Origin: an uncultured Acidobacteriota bacterium
GTDB lineage: Bacteria; Acidobacteriota; Thermoanaerobaculia; Gp7-AA8
Assembly: GCA_963734155.1 (NCBI GenBank)
Contig: CAVTGG010000004.1
Location: forward strand, 323,983 to 387,982
Reading direction: 5' to 3'
DNA length: 64,000 nucleotides
Shown: in pieces, positions 30,229 to 39,867 of the stretch
Layout: each line of letters begins with the position of its first letter
How positions within the stretch are numbered: position 1 is the first letter of the stretch
The notes under the pieces: model-generated
What the model was told of the DNA's origin: nothing
What the model saw: only the letters and a program-made list of their open reading frames with translations
Databases searched by the model: none
Program-made: the position numbers and the translations under genes

Positions 30229-31604
30229 CCGGCACGCAAGTGCCATCATCTATGTGGGGCGGCCGCTTCAGCGAAGGGCCGTCCGCGCTTCTCCGCGCGC
30301 TCAACGATTCCTTCTCCTTCGACCGCGAGCTCTTCGCGGAAGACGTGGAAGGCTCGGTGGCGTGGGCGGTGGAATTGGGACACGCGGGCGTGCTCACCTC
30401 CGCCGAGGTGAGCGCTCTCGTCGAGGCGTTGCGTTCGCTCCCAACCCCCAACCCCCAATCCCTACCCCCTTACGAGGACGTTCATAGTTACGTCGAAGGT
30501 GAGCTGCGTCTAAGACTCGGCCCACTCGCGGGCAAGCTGCACACCGGCCGCTCGCGCAACGACCAGGTCGCGACCGATCTCAGACTCTGGCTGAAGAAAG
30601 CGTCCGACGACTTCGACGCGCTCGTCGTCGCGCTCGCGCGCGTGCTCGCGCAACGCGCGCTCGTCGAAGCCGCGACGGCGATGCCCGGCTACACGCACCT
30701 CAAACAGGCGGAACCCATCACGTTCGGCCACTGGTGTCTCGCCTACGTCGAGATGCTGCGCCGCGATTTGACGCGCATCCGCGATGCGAAGGCGCGCGGC
30801 GATGAATGCCCGCTCGGCTCCGCCGCGCTCGCCGGCACGCCGCTCAACATCGACCGCGATCGCCTCGCGAAATCCCTCGGCTTCGCGCGCGCGACCTCCA
30901 ACTCGATCGACGCCGTCTCCGACCGCGACTTCGCGGCCGAGTATCTCTTCACCGCGTCGATGCTCCTGACGCACCTCTCGCGCCTCGCGGAAGATCTGAT
31001 CTTCTTCAGCAGCGACGAAGCGGCCTACATGGAGCTGCCCGACTCGCTCGCCACCGGCTCGTCGCGCATGCCGCAGAAGAAAAATCCCGACGTGCTCGAA
31101 CTGACGCGCGGCTACGCGGCGCGCTCGATCGGCGAAGTGACCGGCTTTCTCACGCTGCTGAAGGGACTGCCGCTCGCCTACAACAAAGACCTGCAGCTCG
31201 ACAAAGAGCCGCTCTTCCGCACGCGCGGGTTGCTCGGCGTTCTTCTGCCCGCACTGACGGCGCTGATCGGAGGGCTGCAGCTGAATCGCGAGTGCCTGCG
31301 CGGCTCGGCCGGAAGTCCGCTGCTGCTCTCGACCGACGCGGCCGACGAGCTCGCGGCGACGGGCATTCCGTTCCGCGAGGCGCACGAGATCGTCTCGCGC
31401 GAACGGCGGCACACCTCGAACGTGAGCACGGTGCTCGAGAAGAAGAATGTGTACGGCGGCACCGCGCCCGATTGCGTGCGCGAAGCGGCGAAGTCGGCGC
31501 TGGCCGGCCTCGAGTGTCATCCCGAGCGTAGCGAGGGATCCCCTTCAGCGCACGTGGGCGGGGGATCCTTCGCCGTCTCCGCGGCTCAGGATGACACGAC
31601 ATGA
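30225..31604 (+). CDS. argH: Argininosuccinate lyase; contains a C-rich insert and a repeat-encoded C-terminal tail
   Basis: ATG overlaps the argG stop. [23 protein letters not shown] fumarate-lyase signature. Tail ...[31 protein letters not shown] is encoded by the family-3 repeat. Confidence 0.9.
30441..30470. other. C-rich (G4-forming on the opposite strand) 30-nt tract inside argH encoding [10 protein letters not shown]
   Basis: cccaacccccaacccccaatccctaccccc; the complement is GGGGGTAGGGATTGGGGGTTGGGGGTTGGG. Confidence 0.7.
31514..31598. repeat. Repeat family 3 copy at the argH 3' end / argJ start
   Basis: gtgtcatcccgagcgtagcgagggatcccc...ggggatccttcgccgtctccgcggctcaggatgacac. Confidence 0.85.
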
Positions 31605-32773
31605 AACTCCCGAAGGGCTTCCTCGCCTCCGGCGTGCGCGCGGGCATCCGCAAGAAGCGCCCCGACCTCGGCCTGATCGTCGCCGAGGACGGAGCGAATG
31701 CGGCTGCGGTGTTCACGCGGAACAAGTTCCAGGCGGCGCCGGTGACGCTGTCGAAGTCCGCGCTGAAGAAGAGCGGCGGGCGCGTGAAGGCCTGCGTCGT
31801 CAACGCCGGCTGCGCGAACGCGGTCACGGGACGCGAAGGAATGGAAGCGGCGAAGCGCGTGCGCACGCGCGCCGCGGAACTGCTCCGCTGCGATGAGAAC
31901 GAGATCTTCCTGGCCTCGACGGGCGTGATCGGCGTCGTGCTGCCGGACAAAAAGGTGACGGAGTCGCTCCCCGACTCGATCACCCGCCTTTCCAGCGGCG
32001 GCATCGACGCCCTCTCGCACGCGATCCTCACCACCGACGTCGGCCCGAAGGTCGCGCAGGCGACGTTCTCCCTCGGCGGGAAGCGCGGACGCGTCGTCGG
32101 CGTCGCCAAGGGCGCGGGCATGATCCATCCGAACATGGCCACGATGCTGGCGTTCGTGATGACCGACGCGAACATCCCTCCCGCTGCCTTGCAGCGCGCA
32201 TTGAAGAGTGCAGTCGATCAAAGCTTCAACGCCATCTCCGTCGACGGCGACACGTCGACGAATGACTGCGTGCTCCTCCTCGCTTCCGGAAAGCTCGGCA
32301 ACGAATCACGCGCCGATCTCGCCGATTTTCAGCGCGCGCTCGACGCCGTCTGCCGCTCGCTGTCGTGGATGATCGTCCGCGACGGCGAAGGCGCGATTCG
32401 GGTGATGGAGATCGAAGTCGCCGGCGCGAAGAGCGAGCGCGATGCGAAGCTCGCCGCGCACGCCGTCGCGACCTCGCCGCTCGTGAAGACCGCGCTGCAC
32501 GGCGGCGATCCGAACTGGGGCCGCATCCTCGCCGCCGTCGGCCGCAGCGGCGCGCGCTTCTCCATCAAACGCGTCACCCTCACCGCCGGCCCGGTCACCC
32601 TCGTCCGCAACGGCCAGCCCGTCGCGTTTCGCGAGAAAGACGCCGCGCGCGTGTTCTCGCGCGAGCGCGTGCCGTTGAAAGTGGATTTGGGCGGCGGAAA
32701 CGCGCGTGCGGTCGTGCTGTCGTGCGATTTCGGGCACGACTATGTGAGTTTGAACGCGGATTACCGAAGCTGA
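31601..32773 (+). CDS. argJ: Bifunctional glutamate N-acetyltransferase / amino-acid acetyltransferase (ornithine acetyltransferase)
   Basis: ATG overlaps the argH stop. Self-cleavage site region ATMLAFVMTD. Full-length 390 aa. Confidence 0.9.
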   Translation: MKLPKGFLASGVRAGIRKKRPDLGLIVAEDGANAAAVFTRNKFQAAPVTLSKSALKKSGGRVKACVVNAGCANAVTGREGMEAAKRVRTRAAELLRCDENEIFLASTGVIGVVLPDKKVTESLPDSITRLSSGGIDALSHAILTTDVGPKVAQATFSLGGKRGRVVGVAKGAGMIHPNMATMLAFVMTDANIPPAALQRALKSAVDQSFNAISVDGDTSTNDCVLLLASGKLGNESRADLADFQRALDAVCRSLSWMIVRDGEGAIRVMEIEVAGAKSERDAKLAAHAVATSPLVKTALHGGDPNWGRILAAVGRSGARFSIKRVTLTAGPVTLVRNGQPVAFREKDAARVFSRERVPLKVDLGGGNARAVVLSCDFGHDYVSLNADYRS

Positions 32774-32777
32774 CGCG

Positions 32778-33122
32778 CTATTCGCCGGTCGTCAGAATGT
32801 CTTCGATGATGTGCTGCGACTCTTCCGGCAAGTCGATGAAATAGAGCCGCGAGGCGTATAGCGTATCGCCGCTCGTCGACTGCCGTCCCACCACGCCGCA
32901 CGAGCCGACCCGCACCCGTCCGCTGAATTTGCGTCCGCTGTAGTCGAACGTGATCGTCACCTCGGATGAGACTTTCAGCGGCCCGGAATGCGTCACGAAC
33001 GCGTTCGCGCTGCTGACATCGACCAGCGTCGCTTCCTTCAATCCGATCTTCACCGGGCGGGCGATCGGCACACGAAACCGGCTGCTGCGCCGGACTGCAT
33101 TCAGGACGACCTTGTCTTTCAT
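32778..33122 (-). CDS. PilZ-domain protein (c-di-GMP binding)
   Basis: RRSSRFRV (RxxxR) and DVSSANAFV motifs; 114 aa. Confidence 0.6.
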   Translation of the reverse strand: MKDKVVLNAVRRSSRFRVPIARPVKIGLKEATLVDVSSANAFVTHSGPLKVSSEVTITFDYSGRKFSGRVRVGSCGVVGRQSTSGDTLYASRLYFIDLPEESQHIIEDILTTGE

Positions 33123-33140
33123 GGTTGGACCGCCGAGATC

Positions 33141-33800
33141 TTACGGCATGAACCGCCGCGAAGGAATGCCTTCCGCGGACGTGATGCTCAATTTGGCCAT
33201 CCGCCGGATCAGGTCGCGCTCGTCGGAGCGCGGATTGGCGCTCTCGAACGCGCTCCGCAGCATGGCCACTTCCTGCGGCGAATGCGTCGACGACACCGTG
33301 AACCCGTTCGCCGGCTGTGCGGGATCGGTCGTGTCGGTCTCACGCCAGCGGCCGCCCATGAACTCGTGGCGCTTGTAGTGCGTCGCCTTCGTGGCCTGGT
33401 TCGATTGTGCGGCGATCGGAGGAATCCCGCGCGCGTTCGCCTTCTGCTCGTCGAGCGCGCGGACGATGTGCTCGTGAATCAGCTCGCGCAACGTCGCCAG
33501 CGCCAACTCATCGGCGCGCGTCACGCTGAGGCCCGAGTGATAGAGCGTCCGCCCGGTCGCGGAATCGGCGGCGCGATGGATCTGCGTCCGGGTGATGCGG
33601 CACTCGAGCATGAACGGCTTTCCGTCCCACTGCGTCTGCAGCGTTACCCGCTCGCCGGCGCCGCCGATCTCCGCCTGATGCGCCACGCGCACGCCGCGCA
33701 CTGAGACGTCGACGACAAATACGGGAGTGTTCCCGATCTTGCCGCGGAGCGGCTCGAGAAGTTTGACGCGCTGGACGCGCCGTCGTTCGGCGAAAAGCAT
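33141..33800 (-). CDS. PilZ-domain protein with C-terminal extension
   Basis: ERRRVQRV (RxxxR) and DVSVRGVRV (DxSxxG) at the N-terminus. Confidence 0.55.
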   Translation of the reverse strand: MLFAERRRVQRVKLLEPLRGKIGNTPVFVVDVSVRGVRVAHQAEIGGAGERVTLQTQWDGKPFMLECRITRTQIHRAADSATGRTLYHSGLSVTRADELALATLRELIHEHIVRALDEQKANARGIPPIAAQSNQATKATHYKRHEFMGGRWRETDTTDPAQPANGFTVSSTHSPQEVAMLRSAFESANPRSDERDLIRRMAKLSITSAEGIPSRRFMP

Positions 33801-33815
33801 GTTAGGGGGACCCGT

Positions 33816-35543
33816 TTGCATTATACGCTTGCCGTCATGAAGCGGTTCCTCGCGCTCTTCCTGCTGCTAGCCCTCCCGGTCGCTGTTTCGCTCGAGGCCG
33901 CCTCGCGCGAGCCGCTCCGCGCGCGCCACGCCATGGCCGTTTCCGTCTCCGAGATCGCCTCGCGCATCGGCGCCGACGTGATGAAAAAAGGCGGCAACGC
34001 CGTCGACGCCGCGGTCGCAATCGGCTTCGCGCTCGCCGTGACCTGGCCCTCGGCCGGCAACATCGGCGGCGGCGGGTTCATGCTCGTCCGCCTCGCCGAT
34101 GGAACGACCGAGGCCATCGACTATCGCGAGCGAGCGCCGCTGAAAGCCACGCGCGACATGTACCTCGACGCGCAGGGCAACGTCATCAAAGGATTGTCGG
34201 TGCAGGGCTACAAAGCGGTCGCCGTTCCCGGCACCGTCGCCGGCCTCGCGCTCGCGCACAAGCGCTACGGCAAACTGAAATGGGCGGAGCTCGTCGAGCC
34301 CGCGCGCAAGCTCGCCTCCGGCGGATTCGAGGTCAGCTATCACCTCGCGAAAAACTTCAGCGCGAAGAGCACCGTCGATCGCATGCAGCCGTTCGACGAC
34401 AGCCGCCGCATCTTTCAGCGCAACGGCAAGTTCTACGAGCCCGGCGAGCTGTTCGTGCAGCCCGAGCTCGCGGCGACGCTGGCGCGCATTCGAGACAACC
34501 CGCGCGACTTCTACGAAGGCGAAACCGCGCGGCTGCTCGCCGAGGCCATGAAAGGCAACGGCGGCATCATCACGCTCGAAGACCTGAAAACGTACGAGCC
34601 GACGGTCCGCACGCCGCTGCGCGGCACGTATCGCGGCTACGAGATCGTCACCATGCCGCCGCCGTCCTCCGGCGGGATCTGCCTGCTCGAGATGCTGAAC
34701 ATGCTCGAGCCGTACGACCTCAAGTCGATGGGCTGGCACTCCTCGCGTCACACGCACACGATGATCGAGGTGATGCGCCGCGCATTCGCCGATCGCGCCG
34801 AGTTCCTCGGCGATACCGACTTCGTTCCCAACGTGCCGGTCAACGCGCTGATCTCGCGCGCGTATGCGGACGAGCGCCGTAAGTCGATCGATCCCGCGCA
34901 CGCGACACCGAGCAAAGGAACTCCCGCGGGCAAACCGGAGAAGACGCAGACGACGCACTACACCGTCATCGATCAGGACGGCAACGTCGTCACCAACACC
35001 TACACACTCAACGACGGCTTCGGCTCCGGCGTGACCGTGCGCGGCGCGGGATTCCTACTCAACAACGAGATGGACGACTTCGCCGCGCGGCCCGGCGTGC
35101 CGAACGACTTCGAACTGATCCAGGGCGAAGCGAATGCGATCGCGCCGAAGAAACGTCCGCTGTCGTCGATGACGCCGACGATCGTGCTGAAAGACGGCAA
35201 GGTGTTCTTCGCCACGGGCAGCCCCGGCGGCCCGACGATCATCAACACGGTGCTGCAGACGATCGTGAACGTGATCGATTTCGGCATGACGCTGCAGCAG
35301 GCCGTCGACGCGCCGCGCGTTCATCATCAATGGCTGCCCGATCAAATCTACTGGGAACTGCTCGACCTGCAGGCCGACACGCGCACGACGCTGGAGCAGA
35401 TGGGACACAAGTTCCGCGACAAGCCCGGCTTCTCCGACCTCGACTCGATCGGCGACGCGCACAGCGTGATGATCGATCCCGCGACCGGCCTGCGCCTCGG
35501 CGCCGCCGATCCGAGACGCGGCGGCGCGGCGGCTGGGTGGTAG
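33816..35543 (+). CDS. ggt: Gamma-glutamyltranspeptidase
   Basis: Signal peptide, GGNAVDAAVA, autoprocessing Thr region (TTHYTVID) and GSPGGPTII motifs. Confidence 0.9.
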   Translation: MHYTLAVMKRFLALFLLLALPVAVSLEAASREPLRARHAMAVSVSEIASRIGADVMKKGGNAVDAAVAIGFALAVTWPSAGNIGGGGFMLVRLADGTTEAIDYRERAPLKATRDMYLDAQGNVIKGLSVQGYKAVAVPGTVAGLALAHKRYGKLKWAELVEPARKLASGGFEVSYHLAKNFSAKSTVDRMQPFDDSRRIFQRNGKFYEPGELFVQPELAATLARIRDNPRDFYEGETARLLAEAMKGNGGIITLEDLKTYEPTVRTPLRGTYRGYEIVTMPPPSSGGICLLEMLNMLEPYDLKSMGWHSSRHTHTMIEVMRRAFADRAEFLGDTDFVPNVPVNALISRAYADERRKSIDPAHATPSKGTPAGKPEKTQTTHYTVIDQDGNVVTNTYTLNDGFGSGVTVRGAGFLLNNEMDDFAARPGVPNDFELIQGEANAIAPKKRPLSSMTPTIVLKDGKVFFATGSPGGPTIINTVLQTIVNVIDFGMTLQQAVDAPRVHHQWLPDQIYWELLDLQADTRTTLEQMGHKFRDKPGFSDLDSIGDAHSVMIDPATGLRLGAADPRRGGAAAGW

Positions 35544-35556
35544 GATTCGCGCCGAT

Positions 35557-36933
35557 ATGAACGTCGAGAAAAAAGCGCTTGCCGCGTGGGCCAAAAACGA
35601 GCGGGCGCGATACGAAGACACGCTCAAGACCATCGTCGAAATCCCGTCCGTCTCCGCCGAGGACGCGCGCAAGCCGGACATCCGCCGCTGCGCCGATGCC
35701 GCGGCGCAGCTGATCCGCGATTTCGGCGGCGAAGCAGCCATCATCGAGACCGACGGCAACCCGCTCGTGCACGGGCGTTTTACGGCCGGCGCAAATCTGC
35801 CGACGTGCACGATCTACAACCACCTCGACGTGCAACCGGCGTCGCGCGAGACCGAGCCGTGGGACACCGATCCGTTCGTCTTCACGAAAAAAGGCGATCG
35901 CTACTTCGGCCGCGGCACGACCGATGACAAAGGTCCCGCGCTCAGCGCGCTCTGGGGCATCCTCGCGGCGCGCGAAGCGAACGTGGCGCTGAACCTCAAC
36001 GTGCTGTGGGAGCTCGAAGAAGAAATCGGCTCGCCAAACTTCGAGGACGCGGTGAAGAAGAACGCGAAAACGCTCGCCACCGATCACCTCCTCGTCTCCG
36101 ACACGATCTGGGTCTCGCGCCAGCAGCCGGCCTGTCCCGCGGGACTGCGCGGATTGCAGGGCATCACGCTCTCGCTGCAGACCGGCCAGACCGATCAGCA
36201 CTCCGGCGTCACCGGCGGCGCGGCGCGCAACCCGGTCGGCGAATTGATGCAGCTCGTCTCGGAGATGTACGACGCGCGCACCGGCAAGGTGAAGATGAAG
36301 GGCTTCTACGACGACGTCGTCGCGCCCGACCGCCGCGAGCTCGCCGACTTCCGCAACTCCGGCTTCACGGTGAAGCAGTTCAAGAAAGACCACCTCTTCA
36401 AATCGATCCGCACCGAGGATCCGCTCGACGTGATGAAACGCATCTGGGCCATGCCGACGATGGAGATTCACGGTCTCGTCGGCGGATACACCGGCCCCGG
36501 AATCAAGACGATCATCCCGCCGAAAGCGGAGGTGAAGATCTCGTTCCGCCTCGTGCCGAACCAGGACCCGAAGAAGATTCAGAAGATCGTGAAAGAGTTC
36601 GTGAAGCAGCGCGGCCGCGACGTGAAGGTGGAGATCGAGAACTCGATGTACCCCTACCGCGCGCCGACGACCGGCCCGCTCGCGGATGCCGTTCGCGACG
36701 CGATGAAGTTCGCCTTCGGCCGCGAGCCGGTCTTCATCCGCGAAGGCGGGTCGATCGGTGCCGTGATCTCGATGGAGCAGGTCCTCAAAACCCCGGTCAT
36801 GTTCCTCGGCCTCTCCCTCCCCGAACACGGCTACCACGCCCCGAACGAGAACTACGACTGGCAGCAGGCCTCGGGCGGGATCGTGGCGTTCGTGAAGTAC
36901 TTCGATAATCTGTCGCGGCTCCCGTCATCCTGA
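35557..36933 (+). CDS. M20-family dipeptidase (ArgE/DapE/ACY1/CPG2 superfamily)
   Basis: YNHLDVQPA, GRGTTDDKGP and HAPNE motifs. The stop codon (TGA) is supplied by the start of a family-3 repeat (ccgTCATCCTGAgcc). Confidence 0.85.
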   Translation: MNVEKKALAAWAKNERARYEDTLKTIVEIPSVSAEDARKPDIRRCADAAAQLIRDFGGEAAIIETDGNPLVHGRFTAGANLPTCTIYNHLDVQPASRETEPWDTDPFVFTKKGDRYFGRGTTDDKGPALSALWGILAAREANVALNLNVLWELEEEIGSPNFEDAVKKNAKTLATDHLLVSDTIWVSRQQPACPAGLRGLQGITLSLQTGQTDQHSGVTGGAARNPVGELMQLVSEMYDARTGKVKMKGFYDDVVAPDRRELADFRNSGFTVKQFKKDHLFKSIRTEDPLDVMKRIWAMPTMEIHGLVGGYTGPGIKTIIPPKAEVKISFRLVPNQDPKKIQKIVKEFVKQRGRDVKVEIENSMYPYRAPTTGPLADAVRDAMKFAFGREPVFIREGGSIGAVISMEQVLKTPVMFLGLSLPEHGYHAPNENYDWQQASGGIVAFVKYFDNLSRLPSS

Positions 36934-36999
36934 GCCGCGAAGACGGCGAAGGATCTCAAGCTACGCAACTTGAGATCCTTCGCTACGCTCAGGATGACG
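36923..36999. repeat. Repeat family 3 copy between the convergent M20 dipeptidase and astacin genes
   Basis: cgtcatcctgagccgcgaagacggcgaaggatctcaagctacgcaacttgagatccttcgctacgctcaggatgacgg. Confidence 0.85.
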
Positions 37000-37009
37000 G
37001 CTGGCGCCG

Positions 37010-38225
37010 TCACATGAGCGGCAACGTCGCGGCCGCCCGCGACGAAATCCGCTTCGCGAAATCCTGCGGCGTCAGCACGCGCACCTCACCCGTGTACGCG
37101 TAATTGCGATCGAGCAAATCGCTGTACGTGAGATCGAGCTTGAACGTGCCGGCCAACGGCATCGTCTTCGAGACCTTCGTCCCACTGCTCGCCGTCGCGC
37201 CGTCGAGCTTCCACGCGAAGTTCTTCGCCACGTGCGGGATGTCTGCGCCCGCCGCTTCCCACTGCGCGACGAGATTCAGCGTCTCACCCGTGCGCAGCAC
37301 CCGGCGTCCGATGAATTCCGCGACGCGGTTCGCCTCGGGATAGAGGATGTGCAGCGCGAGGCGGTCGAAGTCCGAAGAGGCCGGTGTTCGCGTAGTTGCC
37401 CGGCGCGAAGCTCATCGTCTCGGGCCAGGTATAGTGCATGACAGACAGCGGATCGTACGGCGTGAGGAAGAACGTCGCGCCGCCGCCGTAAATCGGCACA
37501 TTCGCGTCCTCTGCTTTCTTCGCGTTGTCCTTCAGCGCCGTCGCCGCGGCGACGGTGCGTGAATCCCGGAATCTTCTGCAGGTCCGACACCGCCGCGTCC
37601 GAGACCCACGCGACGTTGCGATAGCCGGCGTCGTAAATCGCCTTCGCTTTCGTCGCATCGACGCCGGCGATCTTCTGGAAGAACGTCAGCACCTGATCCT
37701 TGCGGACGTCCATGCGCTCGTGCTCGTGCGACAGACCGAGGGCATGACCGAACTCGTGAAGCGGATGGTTGATGAACGGCGATCGCGCCGCCGGATGGAT
37801 CGCCGAAGCCCGCACGTGGTGAAACTGTCGTTGCCGAGGTGCATGTTGAACACGCAAGGGCGGTTCGCGGCGAATTCGGCAGGACTGTTCGACCAGCCGC
37901 CGCCGAGTCCCGGATCGCTATCGGGCATCCCTTGCCCGGCACCGGCTTGAACTTGGCGAAGAGACTTCCATCCGTGTCCGGAACCACGACGCGGATGTCT
38001 TCGAGCCAGAAGTCGTTGCCGTTCGCCTGCGGCTGGTTCGTGCAGCTCGCTTTGTAGGTCGAAGCGGATATTCGCCGCGTACTCGAACTGCTTCAGCACT
38101 TCCTTGATCTGCGCGATGCGATCCGCGCGCGCGGTGCCGCCGGTGCCGGCGAAGCAGACCGTCGGCGTCGCGCCGCGCACGCCCGACTCCCAGTACAGCG
38201 CCGCAACGAGGACGAGCGCGTGCAT
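37010..38225 (-). pseudogene. Astacin-like (M12A) zinc metalloprotease, secreted, disrupted by at least three frameshifts
   Basis: Signal peptide MHALVLVAALYW. HEFGHALGLSHEHERMD zinc-binding motif and SVMHY Met-turn lie in different frames (ORFs 37686..38258, 37276..37857, 37284..37658, 37010..37300). Confidence 0.55.
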
Positions 38226-38568
38226 CAGAACATCTCCAGCGCCATCGCGCGGCGGCAATCACTCGTCGCGCAGCCGAAGCCCGCGCCGCTCAGATCAGCC
38301 GGATCGTACTGAATCTTCAGAGTCCGTCCCGCGACGAGCGCGGAGGTGGCGACGCTGACGAAGCGCGCTGCCTGCGCCGCATCGGTCGTCGGGAGGGCGA
38401 AGAAGAGAATGCCGCCGCTGACCGTCGCCGAGCATCGCACGTGAACGCGGTTCGAGAACGTCGCCACCGCCGGCTGGCGTGCAATCCGACCCACTGAACC
38501 GCCGCCGATGCCTGCGACGCCATTCCAAGAACCACGAGAGCAAAGGTCACCCAGAGCGTTTTCTTCAT
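38225..38568 (-). CDS. Small secreted protein (signal peptide MKKTLWVTFALVVLGMASQASA), apparently frameshifted; stop overlaps the astacin start (TGATG)
   Basis: N-terminus in ORF 38317..38622, C-terminus (GRIARQPAVATFSNRVHVRCSATVSGG...CATSDCRRAMALEMF) in ORF 38225..38494. Confidence 0.4.
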
Positions 38569-38625
38569 AACGAATCTCTCCTTTTCTCCGGGATAGTGAA
38601 GAAAACGCGGAAAACGTTTCAAACG

Positions 38626-39816
38626 CTATTGCGGTTTTTCGCCGACGTACCGCGCGCGCGGCCGGATCATCGCATCCTGCGCGTACTGCTCGATGGCGTG
38701 CGCGATCCAGCCGATGGTGCGGCCGAGGGCGAAGAGCGCGAGCGCGCTGCCGGGCGGGAGGCCGATGACGCGCGAGAGCGCGACGAGCGCAAAGTCGACG
38801 GTCGGCTTCTCGCCGAGGACGCGCTGCGCCGCGGCGGCGAACGCGTGCGCGAACGCGAGCTCCTTCGATTTCGGAAAGCTCTCGTCCAGCAGCTCGAGCA
38901 GCAGCGCCGCGCGCGGATCGCCTTTCGGATAGAGCGGATGGCCGAAGCCTTCGATGCGCTCGCCGCGGCGGAGGCGATCGGCAAGTGATTTGGCGAGATC
39001 GCGCGCGCGGCGGAGATCGTCGAACAGCACCTCGACGCGCGCCGTCGCGCCGCCGTGCTTCGAGCCTTCGAGCGCCGCGAGCCCGCCGAGGACCGCGGCA
39101 TACGGATTCGCGCAGGACGATGCGATGCAGCGCGCGGTGAACGCGGAGACGTTCAGCTCATGGTCGGCGATCAGAATCAGCGCCGCGCGGATCAGCGCCG
39201 GCGCGCGCTTCACCTTCGGCGCCCACGCCTGCGCGAGCGTGTCGTCGATCGTCGGCGCGAGCTCGCGCGTCGATGCGGCGACGCTGGTCAGCAGGTTGAG
39301 AATCCGCCAGCCGGTTTGCGCGACGGCGCGCGGGCGGAGGTCGAACGCGAGCGGATCGCGCGCGGCGACGATCGGCAGAATCGATTGCGCGCGGTTGATG
39401 AACGGCAGGTCATTCGTCGCCGCGCCTCCGACGACATGCAGCGGCGTATCGAACAGCGTGTCGTCGAACGCGCCGGTCCAGATCAGCGAGGCCGCCTCTT
39501 CGATCGAGTGCTCGCGCGCGAGCGTGGCGACGTCGTGGCCGCGGTAGTACAGCTTGCCGTCGGTGATGAGCGTGATCGACGACTCGAGGATCGGAACGCC
39601 CCAGCGCAGCGCATTCTCCGCGGCTTTCTCCGGATTCCGCCGCTCCTCCGCGCGCTTGCGCAGCCGCTCCACGTCCTCCCGCGCATACCGCTTCAGCCTC
39701 GGCTTCCCGGGCACGGCCTCGGAGCGGAGGAAGCCGCGGCTGACGTACGCGTACAGCGTGGCCCGGCTCACGCCGAGGAGCCTCGTAGCCTGGTTCGCAT
39801 CGATCCATGCAGCCAT
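38626..39816 (-). CDS. Citrate-synthase-like protein with N-terminal excisionase/MerR-type HTH
   Basis: MAAWIDANQATRLLGVSRATLYAYVSRGFL HTH, then a citrate synthase fold (GFGHPLYPKGDPRA; HGGATARV). 396 aa from Met85 of the listed ORF. Confidence 0.7.
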   Translation of the reverse strand: MAAWIDANQATRLLGVSRATLYAYVSRGFLRSEAVPGKPRLKRYAREDVERLRKRAEERRNPEKAAENALRWGVPILESSITLITDGKLYYRGHDVATLAREHSIEEAASLIWTGAFDDTLFDTPLHVVGGAATNDLPFINRAQSILPIVAARDPLAFDLRPRAVAQTGWRILNLLTSVAASTRELAPTIDDTLAQAWAPKVKRAPALIRAALILIADHELNVSAFTARCIASSCANPYAAVLGGLAALEGSKHGGATARVEVLFDDLRRARDLAKSLADRLRRGERIEGFGHPLYPKGDPRAALLLELLDESFPKSKELAFAHAFAAAAQRVLGEKPTVDFALVALSRVIGLPPGSALALFALGRTIGWIAHAIEQYAQDAMIRPRARYVGEKPQ

Positions 39817-39820
39817 TAGG

Positions 39821-39854
39821 TTGATTATAGAATCAATATTGACATCAATGTCAA
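39821..39854. promoter_or_regulatory. Two palindromes in the 51-bp divergent intergenic region: TTGATTATAGAATCAA and perfect TTGACATCAATGTCAA (candidate operator)
   Basis: ttgattatagaatcaatattgacatcaatgtcaa sits between the HTH-citrate-synthase-like gene and the divergent citrate-synthase-like gene. Confidence 0.55.
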
Positions 39855-39867
39855 CCACCCCTACGTT

